A stretch of DNA of 54,506 nucleotides from an uncultured Candidatus Saccharibacteria bacterium (GCA_964573095.1 CAZNIK010000001.1:1-54506); one strand, 5' to 3'; positions 19,263-29,605 are shown, numbered from the stretch's first letter. Notes: a model not told the origin generated them from the sequence alone. A program made the numbers and translations.

Positions 19263-19853
19263 ATGGATATTGAGGCAATTAAGCGGCTCAGAGAGCTTAC
19301 TGGCGTTGGAATTACTGATGCCAAGAAGGCCCTAGTTGATTCAAAAGGGGATTTCGACAAAGCGCTTCAAGCTATGAGAAAAAAAGGGCTTACCAAAGCC
19401 GAGAAACGAGGCGAACGGGAAGCGCGCGCGGGCGTGGTCAGTACCTATAATCATGACAGTCGAATCGGTGTGGTGCTCGAAGTAAACTGCGAAACCGATT
19501 TTGTGGCGCGAAACCAAGTCTTTACCGATCTGGTGAAGGACATAGCGATGCATATTGCGGCGTCTAACCCCGAATATTTGTCATCCAACCAGGTTAGCGA
19601 ACAGGACAAGGCTCGCATTTTGAAAGAGTTTAGCGATAAGGTACGAGCTGAAGGTAAACCAGACGCAATGGTGCCAAAGATTGTTGAGGGAATGCTTAAG
19701 AAATATTTTGCCGAGCGCAGCTTACTCGAACAGCCTTTCGTAAAAAATCCCGATCAAACAGTTGATCAGTACGTTAAGGAGGGTATTGCCAAGCTTGGAG
19801 AGAATATCGTAGTACGCCGCTTTAAAAGATTTGCACTTGGTGAAGTAGAGTAA
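19263..19853 (+). CDS. tsf: Elongation factor Ts (short form)
   Basis: IKRLRELTGVGITDAKKAL, EVNCETDFVARN, VVRRFKRFALGE. Confidence 0.97.
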   Translation: MDIEAIKRLRELTGVGITDAKKALVDSKGDFDKALQAMRKKGLTKAEKRGEREARAGVVSTYNHDSRIGVVLEVNCETDFVARNQVFTDLVKDIAMHIAASNPEYLSSNQVSEQDKARILKEFSDKVRAEGKPDAMVPKIVEGMLKKYFAERSLLEQPFVKNPDQTVDQYVKEGIAKLGENIVVRRFKRFALGEVE

Positions 19854-19891
19854 GGTACAATACCTATAAAGAGTATTGGAGGCAGGTGTCG

Positions 19892-20455
19892 ATGAGTCCC
19901 TCGGAAGTTGTAGATGGCGCAAAAGCGAAACTGAAAGCCGCAATTGCTCACTTTGAAATAGAGATAACCAAACTTCGAACAGGCAGAGCGCACCCGAGTA
20001 TGCTTGATGGCGTGAGCGCCGAGGCCTACGGTCAGCAGATGCCCTTGATCCAGCTTGCAACTATTGCCACTCCCGAGTCTCAACTTATTCAAGTAACGCC
20101 ATTCGATCCAAGCAACATACAGGCTATCTCGAGCGCGATTCGCGACAATCAATCGCTTGGAATGAATCCTATGGACGATGGACGGGTGGTTCGAGTACCA
20201 ATACCGCCACTCACAGAAGAGCGGCGAAAGCAAATTGTCAAACAACTGGGCGAAAAGGTTGAGGATTGCAACATTGCCATTCGAAATATTCGCCACGAAA
20301 CTTTGAAGCAGCTCGATCAAGCAAAAAAAGATAAAGACATTAGCGAAGATGAACACAAACGGGCGACCAAGCAAGTCGATGACACAATGGCGGAAACAAA
20401 GAAAGAAATCGAACGGCTATCGACCAAAAAAGAAGCTGAAATAATGACGGTGTAA
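19892..20455 (+). CDS. frr: Ribosome recycling factor
   Basis: LRTGRAHP, LGMNPMDDG, IPPLTEERRK, AIRNIRH; SD GGAGG before ATG 19892. Confidence 0.97.
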   Translation: MSPSEVVDGAKAKLKAAIAHFEIEITKLRTGRAHPSMLDGVSAEAYGQQMPLIQLATIATPESQLIQVTPFDPSNIQAISSAIRDNQSLGMNPMDDGRVVRVPIPPLTEERRKQIVKQLGEKVEDCNIAIRNIRHETLKQLDQAKKDKDISEDEHKRATKQVDDTMAETKKEIERLSTKKEAEIMTV

Positions 20456-20541
20456 TTTCTACGTCTAAACGAGACTTGGGTAATTTGCTACACTTTGTAA
20501 TGAAGATGGTGGGATAACGAGCAAGAGGTAATTTTGTTTTT

Positions 20542-21585
20542 ATGAAGTCCGTTGAAATCCCCCCACGACAGAAAAACGAAGTAGTTGTTGCTGGCGGCGG
20601 CGTGTATCCAGAGTTGGCGCACGAAGTTGCGACTGAGCTGGGCGTTGAGGCTGCGAACCTAAATTTGCAACGCCACGGCAACGACGAGCTGTATGTGAGA
20701 TTTCTTGACTCCGTACGGGGCAAAGATGTGTTTATTCTGCAAGCTCATTGTTCAGCAAGCGGCTACAGTACCGAAGAAGCAATTAATGAACACCAGTATC
20801 TTGTAAATGCAGCTGCAGGCGCTACTGCAAGGTCTGTAATGGCAATTGCGCCGTATCTGGGACATAGTCGGGGTGATCGAAAGTCCAAGGGGAGAGAGGT
20901 TGCGCCTGCAGACTATACGGTGCAGTGTTTTGAGGTGGCTGGTCAAAAAACAAAATTTAGTATGATGAGCATTGACTTGCATTCTCCCCCCACAGCGCAA
21001 TCGTTACGCACTGGTAACTATGAGCTATTGACTGCCCAGCCAGAGATACGGCGATCGGTTGTTCAGTATCTTGGCGAACGGATTAAAGATTGTGTGGTGG
21101 TTGCGCCTGATTCTGGTGCAGTGAAGAATAATAATCGCCACGCCAAGGAGTTAAGCAAAGAAACCGGGAACGATATCGAAGTTATTTTTATGGGCAAGGA
21201 AAGAGCCAGAGATGATTCGAGTTTACTCTCGCGTGCCAAAGCGGTTGTGGGGGTTGAGGGGAAAATATGCCTAACGTTTGACGACATGATAGACGGAGGC
21301 TCAACGATGATAACGGCCGCAGAAACCCTCATGGAATCGGGGGCTGCTTCGGTTGTTGTCGGTGCCACGCATCCAATATTGTCAAGAAATGCACCAGAAA
21401 AACTCGCGAATTCCGAAATCGAAAAGGTGTTTTTGGCTGATACGCTTCCATTGGATGAGGCGGAAAAAACTATGCAAGATAAGTTAGAAATCGTTAAAAT
21501 TGCTCCTCTGTTGGGTCGGGCTGTCTATGAGGTTGTAACCGACGGATCGCTTTCTCGACTGTTTGATGACCAAAACCACCGATAA
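20542..21585 (+). CDS. prs: Divergent ribose-phosphate pyrophosphokinase (PRPP synthetase)
   Basis: PYLGHSRGDRK, IDLHS, VVAPDSG, FDDMIDGGST, ATHPILS. Confidence 0.85.
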   Translation: MKSVEIPPRQKNEVVVAGGGVYPELAHEVATELGVEAANLNLQRHGNDELYVRFLDSVRGKDVFILQAHCSASGYSTEEAINEHQYLVNAAAGATARSVMAIAPYLGHSRGDRKSKGREVAPADYTVQCFEVAGQKTKFSMMSIDLHSPPTAQSLRTGNYELLTAQPEIRRSVVQYLGERIKDCVVVAPDSGAVKNNNRHAKELSKETGNDIEVIFMGKERARDDSSLLSRAKAVVGVEGKICLTFDDMIDGGSTMITAAETLMESGAASVVVGATHPILSRNAPEKLANSEIEKVFLADTLPLDEAEKTMQDKLEIVKIAPLLGRAVYEVVTDGSLSRLFDDQNHR

Positions 21586-21599
21586 GCTCCAGTAGCGTT

Positions 21600-21616
21600 T
21601 CTCAGATGTACCTCAG
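21600..21616 (+). promoter_or_regulatory. TCTCAG-N5-CCTCAG direct repeat upstream of rseP
   Basis: TCTCAG ATGTA CCTCAG, 10 nt, TAGAAT (21627-32), 10 nt, ATG. Confidence 0.7.
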
Positions 21617-21642
21617 TTTTTCATGTTAGAATAGATCAAAGC

Positions 21643-22764
21643 ATGTCACTTGCGCTTTTGATTCTTGGTGTTGTTCTTTTTGTGGGCCTTGTTGTTGTAC
21701 ACGAATGGGGTCATTTTATCGCGGCACGTCGTGGCGGTGTCGAGGTAGAGGAGTTTGGTATTGGTTTTCCTCCTTCGGTGTTGAGGCGAAAAATTAAGAC
21801 CAAAAAAAGTCGGTTTGAGCTGAGCGTGAACGCGTTGCCGCTTGGTGGCTTTGTTCGATTAAAGGGCGAAAACGACGATGATAGTCGCCCAGGTAGCTAC
21901 GGTGCCGCGCCACTTGTAACAAAGGTGAAGATCATGACTGCCGGGGTGGCGATGAACCTGTTGGTGGCACTCATAATGTTTACGGCACTTGCCTGGATTG
22001 GGATGCCGAAGCTTGTCGACAATCAATTTAGTGTTGCCGGTGACACCAAGGTTATTCAAGAGAAGCAAAACAAGGGTGCGGTGCTTGTGGGGAAGGTTCC
22101 AGACAATACGCCCGCGAAAAAGGCTGATGTGAGGGTAGACGATCGGATAATTTCTCTGGCCGGTGTGACCATAACTGATACAGCTCAAGTCGGCGCCACT
22201 GCAAAAGAAAACGCCGGCAAAACGGTAAATATGGTGGTTAAAAGAGGTAACGAAACCCTCACAAAAACTCTCACTCTTAATGCTCGGAATGATGGCCAAG
22301 GTTATTTGGGGGTGGTCAGTTCGTCTGGGGAATCTGGACTTGAACTTCGACGTTCAACCTGGTCAGCACCCGTTGTCGCGGTGGGAGTGAGTGCCCAGTT
22401 TACCAAGCTCACATTTCAAGGACTTGGCACAGCGATTCACAGCCTGGTAAAGGGGGATACTGCCAAAGCGAGCGAGCAAGTTTCTGGGCCGGTAGGCATT
22501 GCGGTGATCTTGAACGAAGGCAGTAAACTGGGGTTAAGTTTTATATTAATGATAATTGCAATTATCTCGCTCACGCTTGCCATAATGAATATTCTGCCAA
22601 TTCCTGCACTTGATGGGGGTAGATTATTCGTGACGCTCGGTTTTCGGGCAGCAAAAAAACCACTCACCAGACGAAAAGAAGAATTGATTCATGGAACAGG
22701 CTTTGTGTCGTTAATTGGTCTTATGATTTTGATTACGGTGGTAGACGTAAAGCGATTTTTCTAA
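21643..22764 (+). CDS. rseP: RIP/site-2 metalloprotease RseP (M50) with PDZ
   Basis: HEWGH, AGVAMN, NILPIPALDGG. Confidence 0.95.
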   Translation: MSLALLILGVVLFVGLVVVHEWGHFIAARRGGVEVEEFGIGFPPSVLRRKIKTKKSRFELSVNALPLGGFVRLKGENDDDSRPGSYGAAPLVTKVKIMTAGVAMNLLVALIMFTALAWIGMPKLVDNQFSVAGDTKVIQEKQNKGAVLVGKVPDNTPAKKADVRVDDRIISLAGVTITDTAQVGATAKENAGKTVNMVVKRGNETLTKTLTLNARNDGQGYLGVVSSSGESGLELRRSTWSAPVVAVGVSAQFTKLTFQGLGTAIHSLVKGDTAKASEQVSGPVGIAVILNEGSKLGLSFILMIIAIISLTLAIMNILPIPALDGGRLFVTLGFRAAKKPLTRRKEELIHGTGFVSLIGLMILITVVDVKRFF

Positions 22765-23553
22765 ATGGATTCGACTGAACCACCAAAGAAAAAGCCAAAA
22801 ACTCGAAAATTTTTTGCGAAAAAAACTGGTTTTGGTCCTGTCTCGGCAATTTTGGTTGCCCTTGGCGCGTACCTGGGTTCGCAACTACTGGCCGGAATAT
22901 TTATTGGTCTGTACGCGGCGCAGCGAAACCTAAACGAAGCGCAGATTTCAGACTTGGTCGAAAACTCGGTTGGCTGGCAGTTCGCCTTTATCTTAATTGT
23001 AGAGGTTCTCACGCTTGGGATTTTGTGGTGGTTCATGCGCGGTCGTCGCATACGGTTGTCGGACATTGGCCTGGGCAGAAAGCCAGATCTGAGTGATGCG
23101 GGCAAAGGAATAGTAACTTTTGGTATTTATTTTGTGCTGTTAATCATGATAATGGGCTTGTTGCAGCTGTTTGTCCCCAGCATTAACCTCGAGCAAGAAC
23201 AGCAAATTGGTTTCGAAGCTGCAAAGGGCGCTGGAAGTTTGCTTTTGGTTTTCATTAGCCTGGTTATATTACCCCCAATCGTAGAAGAAATAGTTGTTCG
23301 TGGTTTTCTGTTTTCTGGGCTTCGAAAGGGAATGGGGGTGGTGGCAGCAGCGTTGATTGCAAGTCTGCTGTTTGCGGTAGCGCACCTACAGCTTGGAAGC
23401 GGAGCGCCTCCTCTATGGGTCGCAGCGGTCGACACGTTTGTGCTGTCAATTATCCTCATCATGTTGCGGCTTCGAACGGGGGCTTTGTGGGCGGGAATGC
23501 TGGTCCATGGGCTCAAGAACGGATTGGCATTTATGGTACTCTTTGTTTTGTAA
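22765..23553 (+). CDS. CPBP/Abi (CAAX protease-like) intramembrane metalloprotease
   Basis: PPIVEEIVVRG, FAVAH, MLVHGLKN. Confidence 0.9.
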   Translation: MDSTEPPKKKPKTRKFFAKKTGFGPVSAILVALGAYLGSQLLAGIFIGLYAAQRNLNEAQISDLVENSVGWQFAFILIVEVLTLGILWWFMRGRRIRLSDIGLGRKPDLSDAGKGIVTFGIYFVLLIMIMGLLQLFVPSINLEQEQQIGFEAAKGAGSLLLVFISLVILPPIVEEIVVRGFLFSGLRKGMGVVAAALIASLLFAVAHLQLGSGAPPLWVAAVDTFVLSIILIMLRLRTGALWAGMLVHGLKNGLAFMVLFVL

Positions 23554-23579
23554 AAGTAAGACAGGTACAATAAACCGTG

Positions 23580-24842
23580 ATGTTATCGTTAAGAATTTCA
23601 GAACTTTCGACTAAGACAAGCAAATCTCATCCCGCGGATGAGACTGCAAAAAATGCCCAGCTACTGATACAGGCTGGGTTTGTCCATAAAGAAATGGCGG
23701 GCGTATATGCCTATTTGCCGCTTGGTTTGCAGGTGGTTGAAAACATTAAACAAATTGTCCGAGAAGAAATGAATTCAATCGGTGGTCAAGAAATAATAAT
23801 GACCAGCCTTCAGCGGAGGGAGTTGTGGGAAAAAACTGATCGGTGGGATGATCAAAAAGTAGATGTATGGTTCAAAAGCCAACTAAAAAACGGTACAGCG
23901 GTTGGGCTGGCGTGGTCACACGAAGAGCCGATCACAGAAATGATGAAACAATATCTGCAAAGCTACAAAGATCTACCGGCGTATGTGTATCAGTTTCAAA
24001 CCAAACTGCGCAATGAGTTGCGTGCAAAAAGTGGCATCATGCGTGGCAGGGAATTTGTCATGAAAGATCTGTATTCGTATTCGATTGATGAACAGGCGCA
24101 TGAAGAGTTTTATAAAAGAGTAAGTGATGCCTATATGAAAGTGTTCTCTCGAGTTGGCCTCGGGGAAGACACCTATTTTACCTATGCATCTGGCGGTGCC
24201 TTTACCGAATTTAGCCATGAGTTCCAGACTGTTACCAGTGCCGGCGAAGACACTATTTATGTTGATCGCCAGAAAAAAGTCGCCATCAATCAAGAAGTCT
24301 ATAGTAGCAATTTAGTTCAGCAGCTTGGTCTTGATTCCGAGGCGCTCGAAAAGGTGAGCGCGTCTGAGGTTGGCAACATTTTTAACTTTGGTGGCACAAA
24401 GTCAGAGCAGCTTGGTCTATATTTCACGGATGCGAATGGTGCCCAGAAACCAGTGATTCTCGGCTCTTACGGGATTGGCATTACCAGATTGATGGGCGTG
24501 TTAGCCGAACATTTTGCCGACGAGAAGGGGCTTGTTTGGCCAGCGCAGATTGCACCATCGCACGTGTATCTCGTCGATGTGGGACAGAACCAAGACGTAA
24601 AGAAAAAGGCCGAAGAGTTATTTCAGACTTTTCAGAAGGCGGGAGTTAGTGTACTCTATGACGACCGAGAGGTGCGGCCGGGTGAGAAGTTTGCAGACGC
24701 GGACCTCATCGGCTTGCCGTATCGAGTGGTTGTGAGTGAGAGTGGGCTGCAAAACAATACCTACGAGCTAAAGCGGCGAACAAAAGATGAAGTTGTCCAC
24801 CTCAACGAAGATGAACTTATCAAAACGATTTCTCAAAAATAA
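23580..24842 (+). CDS. proS: Prolyl-tRNA synthetase, short form without editing insertion
   Basis: RNELRAKSGIMRGREFVMKD, GSYGIGITR, anticodon domain DDR..PGEKFADADLIG. Confidence 0.95.
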   Translation: MLSLRISELSTKTSKSHPADETAKNAQLLIQAGFVHKEMAGVYAYLPLGLQVVENIKQIVREEMNSIGGQEIIMTSLQRRELWEKTDRWDDQKVDVWFKSQLKNGTAVGLAWSHEEPITEMMKQYLQSYKDLPAYVYQFQTKLRNELRAKSGIMRGREFVMKDLYSYSIDEQAHEEFYKRVSDAYMKVFSRVGLGEDTYFTYASGGAFTEFSHEFQTVTSAGEDTIYVDRQKKVAINQEVYSSNLVQQLGLDSEALEKVSASEVGNIFNFGGTKSEQLGLYFTDANGAQKPVILGSYGIGITRLMGVLAEHFADEKGLVWPAQIAPSHVYLVDVGQNQDVKKKAEELFQTFQKAGVSVLYDDREVRPGEKFADADLIGLPYRVVVSESGLQNNTYELKRRTKDEVVHLNEDELIKTISQK

Positions 24843-24919
24843 TAATTGTTAAGTTTGATATAATTGAAGGGTTTCTAAGGCAGCCAAAGCTGGCGGCTGA
24901 ATTGAGAGAAAGAACAGGG

Positions 24920-25381
24920 ATGAAGAAACAGTTTAGACTTACCAGGGATGGCATAGAGGAGCTCAAGGCAGAGCTTCAGAATTTGGTTGCAAAACGATCA
25001 ACTATTGCCGACTCTATCAAAACCGCGCGCGAACAAGGTGACTTAAGCGAGAACGCTGAATATCATGCCGCAAAGGACGAGCACGAGCGCAACGAGGCGC
25101 GGATTGCAGAAATTGAAGGTATCTTGAGTAATGCTGAGATTATCAAAAAACCGAAAGGTGATAGCAAAGTACAGCTTGGCAGCGTTGTTGTGCTGTCTGG
25201 AAGTGGTGGAAAAACCAAGGAATTCAAGGTCGTTGGCACCGTTGAAGCCGATCCGCTGAGCGGTAAAATATCCGACGAATCTCCGATTGGGCAGGCGTTG
25301 CTTGGGAAAAAAGAAGGCGATGCAGTCGAGATTGTAACTCCAGCGGACACATCAACCTACAAAGTCACCGACATTAGTTGA
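24920..25381 (+). CDS. greA: Transcription elongation factor GreA
   Basis: AREQGDLSENAEYHAAK, ISDESPIGQALLG. Confidence 0.97.
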   Translation: MKKQFRLTRDGIEELKAELQNLVAKRSTIADSIKTAREQGDLSENAEYHAAKDEHERNEARIAEIEGILSNAEIIKKPKGDSKVQLGSVVVLSGSGGKTKEFKVVGTVEADPLSGKISDESPIGQALLGKKEGDAVEIVTPADTSTYKVTDIS

Positions 25382-25453
25382 TTCAAAACTAGAAGCTGAT
25401 TCTTGCAGAATAATATTCTAATTTAGAACTTTCATCGTCTATAATCAAACACT

Positions 25454-26974
25454 ATGGCTACACTTCGTGATTATCGTGATGAGCGGATCCGTAAACTTAA
25501 CGAGCTTACACGTCTTGGAATAAATCCGTATCCATCAAAGAGCAAGCGGGAGATTGAGATCGCAGAAATCACACGCTCCTTTCAACAGCTCGAAGGAAAA
25601 ACAAAAACCGTCGCGGGACGTATCCGTGGAATACGAAAATTTGGGCAAATAGCTTTTTTGGTGATTCGTGATCAAAGCGGTGAAGTCCAGATTTTTCTAA
25701 AAAAAGACAGCCTTGAGGCCGAAGCCAGCACGGCGGCAAAAAAAGATGGGGGTCTGGGATTTGATCAACTGCCGCTGTTGGATACCGGTGATTTTGTGGA
25801 AGTGTGCGGAAAAATAATCAAAACCCAGACCGGGGAAATATCGGTACAAGCTGACGCGATGCGTCTTTTGGCGAAGGCGCTTCGGCCAATGCCGACGGCC
25901 AATGAAAGTTTTTCAAATAAAGAAGAGCGTCTTCGAAGGCGATATATCGACACGAACGTGAACCAAGATGTTCGCGATCGATACATACGACGATCAAAAT
26001 TCTGGCAAGCGACGAGAGATTTTTTGAATCAAAACGGCTTTATTGAGATGAATACGCCAGTACTCGAGCATACTACCGGTGGTGCCGATGCGAACCCATT
26101 TACCACCCATATGGATGCCCTCGACGAAGACTTTTACCTTAGGATTTCACATGAGCTTCCGCTGAAGCGCTTAATTGGCGGTGGCTACGAAAAAGTCTAT
26201 GACATTGGACCGAGATTTCGTAATGAAAACTACAGCGAAGAACATCTTCCAGAACATGTAGCCATGGAGTGGTATTGGGCGTATGCAGACTGGAATGACG
26301 GAATGGCATTTCAAGAAGAACTCTTTAAATACGTGTTTGAAAAGGTGTATGCGACTCACAGTTTTCGCATCAAAGGGTTCGACGTTGATTTGTCGAAGAA
26401 GTGGGATAGAGTTGACTATGCTGATTTGGTAAAGAAACACTATAAAATTGATGTTTTTGACACAAGTATTGAGAAAGTCAGAGCCCAGCTTAAGGCCCAC
26501 AAGCTGGTGGTCGAAGATACCGACAATCTTGCGCGGTCCATTGATAAGTTATGGAAAAATTTGAGACAGGATATTGCCGGTCCGGTATGGTTGATAAACA
26601 CGCCACTTTTCATTAGTCCGCTTGCAAAAATAAATCAAGCCAATCCTAAAACCGTCCAGCGCTTTCAGCCAATTATTGCCGGTACGGAGCTAGGAAACGG
26701 ATACTCCGAGCTGAATGATCCGATTGACCAACTCAACAGGTTCCTTGAGCAGCAGGCGCTGCGTGATGCCGGGGACAGCGAAGCTCAGATGCTTGATATA
26801 GATTTTGTTGAGATGCTTGAATACGGCATGCCACCCACCTGCGGCTGGGGCCATAGTGAGCGAGCCTTCTGGATATTTGAGGGCGTAAGTGCCCGTGAAG
26901 GGGTTCCATTTCCTCACCTGCGAGCCGAAATTGATCAGACCACTAGATCAATCTATCCGTCGATCGACTTCTGA
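25454..26974 (+). CDS. lysS: Lysyl-tRNA synthetase (class II)
   Basis: OB-fold, GGADANPFTTH, YLRISHELPLKRL, FRNE, ELGNGYSELNDP, YGMPP. Confidence 0.97.
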   Translation: MATLRDYRDERIRKLNELTRLGINPYPSKSKREIEIAEITRSFQQLEGKTKTVAGRIRGIRKFGQIAFLVIRDQSGEVQIFLKKDSLEAEASTAAKKDGGLGFDQLPLLDTGDFVEVCGKIIKTQTGEISVQADAMRLLAKALRPMPTANESFSNKEERLRRRYIDTNVNQDVRDRYIRRSKFWQATRDFLNQNGFIEMNTPVLEHTTGGADANPFTTHMDALDEDFYLRISHELPLKRLIGGGYEKVYDIGPRFRNENYSEEHLPEHVAMEWYWAYADWNDGMAFQEELFKYVFEKVYATHSFRIKGFDVDLSKKWDRVDYADLVKKHYKIDVFDTSIEKVRAQLKAHKLVVEDTDNLARSIDKLWKNLRQDIAGPVWLINTPLFISPLAKINQANPKTVQRFQPIIAGTELGNGYSELNDPIDQLNRFLEQQALRDAGDSEAQMLDIDFVEMLEYGMPPTCGWGHSERAFWIFEGVSAREGVPFPHLRAEIDQTTRSIYPSIDF

Positions 26975-27055
26975 TCGGTTTTAATAAAGTCAGTAACCCC
27001 CATATGCTTGCAAGAAAATAACAAGAGTTTACAATGTGTTGTAATTGTGGAAAAT

Positions 27056-27493
27056 ATGAGTCGCGTACCGAAGAATCTTGTTGAGCTTGCGGAGCCGTTT
27101 GTGTTTGAGTTATCGAAGCGTGCAGACTTTGACTCATTTCAGCGATCTCATGCCGAAAAAAGCGCGCTACAGGAACTCGATAGTATGGCGGAGGACCTAG
27201 CACTGGACGGCAAAGACTACCATGTTGTCGCGGGAAGAGCGTGGTCAATACCAAGATCATTCCGCGTTGAGGAAGAAGTCCACCTCGGCAATTATTATGG
27301 CGTGGAATTTTGGGGAACATTTTGTAGCCACGCAATTGTGAAAATAAACGGACTTTATGGTCGAGAAGATGTTCGCGCACTGTGTTTAACGTTCGATGAT
27401 GTATTGATGTTGCCAGGGTTGGATAAAGTGCCGGCCGATCGGGCTGTCCATGTGCCAGTTTTGGCCGTCGATGATATAATCCCAACAGATTAG
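27056..27493 (+). CDS. Hypothetical orphan protein with its own promoter
   Basis: ORF track 27008..27493. TTGCAA(27008)-16-TACAAT(27030) lies in its 5' part, so ATG 27056 is preferred. Confidence 0.65.
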   Translation: MSRVPKNLVELAEPFVFELSKRADFDSFQRSHAEKSALQELDSMAEDLALDGKDYHVVAGRAWSIPRSFRVEEEVHLGNYYGVEFWGTFCSHAIVKINGLYGREDVRALCLTFDDVLMLPGLDKVPADRAVHVPVLAVDDIIPTD

Positions 27494-27515
27494 TTGGAGG
27501 ATATACGAAAGCGCC

Positions 27516-28214
27516 ATGATAAAGCTGGAGGGGGTGAGTAAGGTTTATGGTAAAAGAGATGCCGAATTTAGGGCGCTTGACGATATAAATCTGGAAGTTT
27601 CTAAAGGCTCAATTGTTGCGATTGTTGGCAAAAGCGGCAGTGGCAAGAGTACGCTCATGCATCTCATGAGCGGTCTGGATAGTCCGACTACCGGCTTGGT
27701 AAGGGTTGGGGAGAATGATCTCTCAAAAATGAGACAGCACCGGGTGGATACGTTTCGCGCGAGTTCGGTGGGATTTATCTTTCAGTCATTCTTTGTTGAG
27801 CCAAAACAGACATGCTATCAGAATGTAGCACTTCCGCTCGAGATCAAGGGTGTGCCTTATGTAAAGCGGCGAAAACTGGTTGGCGATGCCCTCGAGAGTG
27901 TAGGCCTAAGCGACAAAACCAATGAGCAGGCCGGAAATCTGTCTGGTGGTCAAAAGCAGCGCTTGGCAATTGCTCGGGCAATTGTAAACAAGCCGGAGTA
28001 CATTTTTGCTGATGAGCCCACCGGCAACCTTGATTCTGTGAATGGTGAAAAAATTATCAAACTGCTTTTTTCGTTGAATGAGTACATTGGAAGTACGCTA
28101 ATCTTTGTGACACATGACCAAGAACTTGCCAAGAAATGCCAAGTTCAGATTACCCTAAAAGATGGAAAAGTAGAGCGCGTCAAAGAACAAAAACCAAAGA
28201 AGGATAAAAAATGA
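27516..28214 (+). CDS. ABC transporter ATP-binding protein (LolD/MacB type)
   Basis: GKSGSGKST, LSGGQKQR, ADEPTGNLD, VTHD. Confidence 0.95.
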   Translation: MIKLEGVSKVYGKRDAEFRALDDINLEVSKGSIVAIVGKSGSGKSTLMHLMSGLDSPTTGLVRVGENDLSKMRQHRVDTFRASSVGFIFQSFFVEPKQTCYQNVALPLEIKGVPYVKRRKLVGDALESVGLSDKTNEQAGNLSGGQKQRLAIARAIVNKPEYIFADEPTGNLDSVNGEKIIKLLFSLNEYIGSTLIFVTHDQELAKKCQVQITLKDGKVERVKEQKPKKDKK

Positions 28215-29602
28215 AGCTCTCCGACTTAATCAAGAGAAGTGTTAGAAACCTTCGCACGGCAAAGGCGCGCACTCTTTTAACAGCCTTGGCGATCGCGGTT
28301 GGTGGATTTACGTTAACACTCACACTCGGTGCCGGGAACGGGGTGAGAAATTACACCGATACTCTGGTTGCGACGAATTTTGATCCAGCCGAGCTTATTG
28401 TTGGCAGAGATCCCGAGATTTCAAATACTGGTGCGCCGTCCGAGAAACCCAAGGAGTATGACGAAACGGTTTCGAGTGTAGATTTTGGGGGACCGGGTGG
28501 CTCGGTACAGATTAAGAGAGTTACTCAAAAAGACATTCAAGAGCTGAAGTCGCTTTCTTTTATTGAACAAGTCAGAGAAAACTACCAAGTTGGCGTACGA
28601 TACATAACGGTCGATGGACAGAAACGATATACGGCGGCTGGAGAGATATTTAATCCGGCGCAGAAACCAGAAATAAAAGCCGGTTCGCTTGGTCCGAACG
28701 GAGAACTTGGACAGGGTCGGATCCTCTTGCCAGAAAGCTATCTGGGAGTCTTAAATCTTGGTAGCCCAGAGGAAGCGGTCGGTAAAGTGGTGCAAATAAA
28801 TGTGCAGCAGCCGTTTTCAGCGGAATCATTACAACAACTGCTTGGACAGGCGCAAGCTGGAAATTTTTCAAGCGCAACTTCGGATCCATCCAGCCTTAAG
28901 CCAGCTGACAAAACTGTGTCCCTCCGAGTGGCTGGCGTCACAAAGAAGCCGGCAACAAGTCTCGCCGTCGGACAGCTGCCCATCGTGCTCAATAACGAAG
29001 ATGCGAGGGAGCTCTATGACTTTACAACAAAGGGCACCTCCGATTTTGAGAAATACTTGTACGTGAACACGCGCGTAAAAGACGGTGAAAACGCAGAGAA
29101 ATTGGCCGCAGCCAAGTCAGAACTTGAAAAAAGAGGTTATACGGTGCAAAGTTCGAAGGATATACAAAAAACCATCACCCAGTTCGTGAATATTCTTCAA
29201 ACACTGGTTGGGGTTTTTGCAATTATTACGCTTCTCGCGTCAGTTTTTGGGATCATTAACACCCAGTACATCAGTGTGCTAGAGCGCACCAGAGAGATTG
29301 GATTAATGAAGGCCCTAGGGATGAGAAGTAGAGATGTCCGTAGATTGTTTATTTTTGAAGCAAGTTGGATTGGGTTCCTGGGCGGGTTTATCGGTGCAGC
29401 TGGGGCACTTGTTGCTGGGTCGCTTCTTAATCCTTGGATTACAAAAAAATTAGATTTGGGCAGTGAATCACTGATCATTTTCAAGCCTTCACAAATCATT
29501 CTTTTGTTACTCGGTCTCATGGCTGTCGGTGCGCTTGCCGGTTATTTTCCTGCAAGAAAGGCCGCAAAAATGAATCCTATTGATGCACTTCGGAGCGAGT
29601 AG
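28211..29602 (+). CDS. ABC transporter permease (MacB/FtsX type)
   Basis: RTLLTALAIAVG, large extracytoplasmic domain, ERTREIGLMKALG, PARKAAKMNPIDALRSE. Confidence 0.93.
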   Translation: MKLSDLIKRSVRNLRTAKARTLLTALAIAVGGFTLTLTLGAGNGVRNYTDTLVATNFDPAELIVGRDPEISNTGAPSEKPKEYDETVSSVDFGGPGGSVQIKRVTQKDIQELKSLSFIEQVRENYQVGVRYITVDGQKRYTAAGEIFNPAQKPEIKAGSLGPNGELGQGRILLPESYLGVLNLGSPEEAVGKVVQINVQQPFSAESLQQLLGQAQAGNFSSATSDPSSLKPADKTVSLRVAGVTKKPATSLAVGQLPIVLNNEDARELYDFTTKGTSDFEKYLYVNTRVKDGENAEKLAAAKSELEKRGYTVQSSKDIQKTITQFVNILQTLVGVFAIITLLASVFGIINTQYISVLERTREIGLMKALGMRSRDVRRLFIFEASWIGFLGGFIGAAGALVAGSLLNPWITKKLDLGSESLIIFKPSQIILLLLGLMAVGALAGYFPARKAAKMNPIDALRSE

Positions 29603-29605
29603 TAC

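Noticed and set aside
19766-20374. Long antisense or alternative-frame ORFs (e.g. 19766-20374, 26943-27485, 46665-47201, 3752-4276)
   Set aside because: They overlap well-supported genes and have no recognisable motifs; treated as shadow ORFs
27378-27420. LTFDDVLMLPG resembles the IMPDH/GuaB N-terminal motif
   Set aside because: It sits at the C-terminus of a ~145-aa ORF with no TIM-barrel or catalytic Cys motif; likely coincidence
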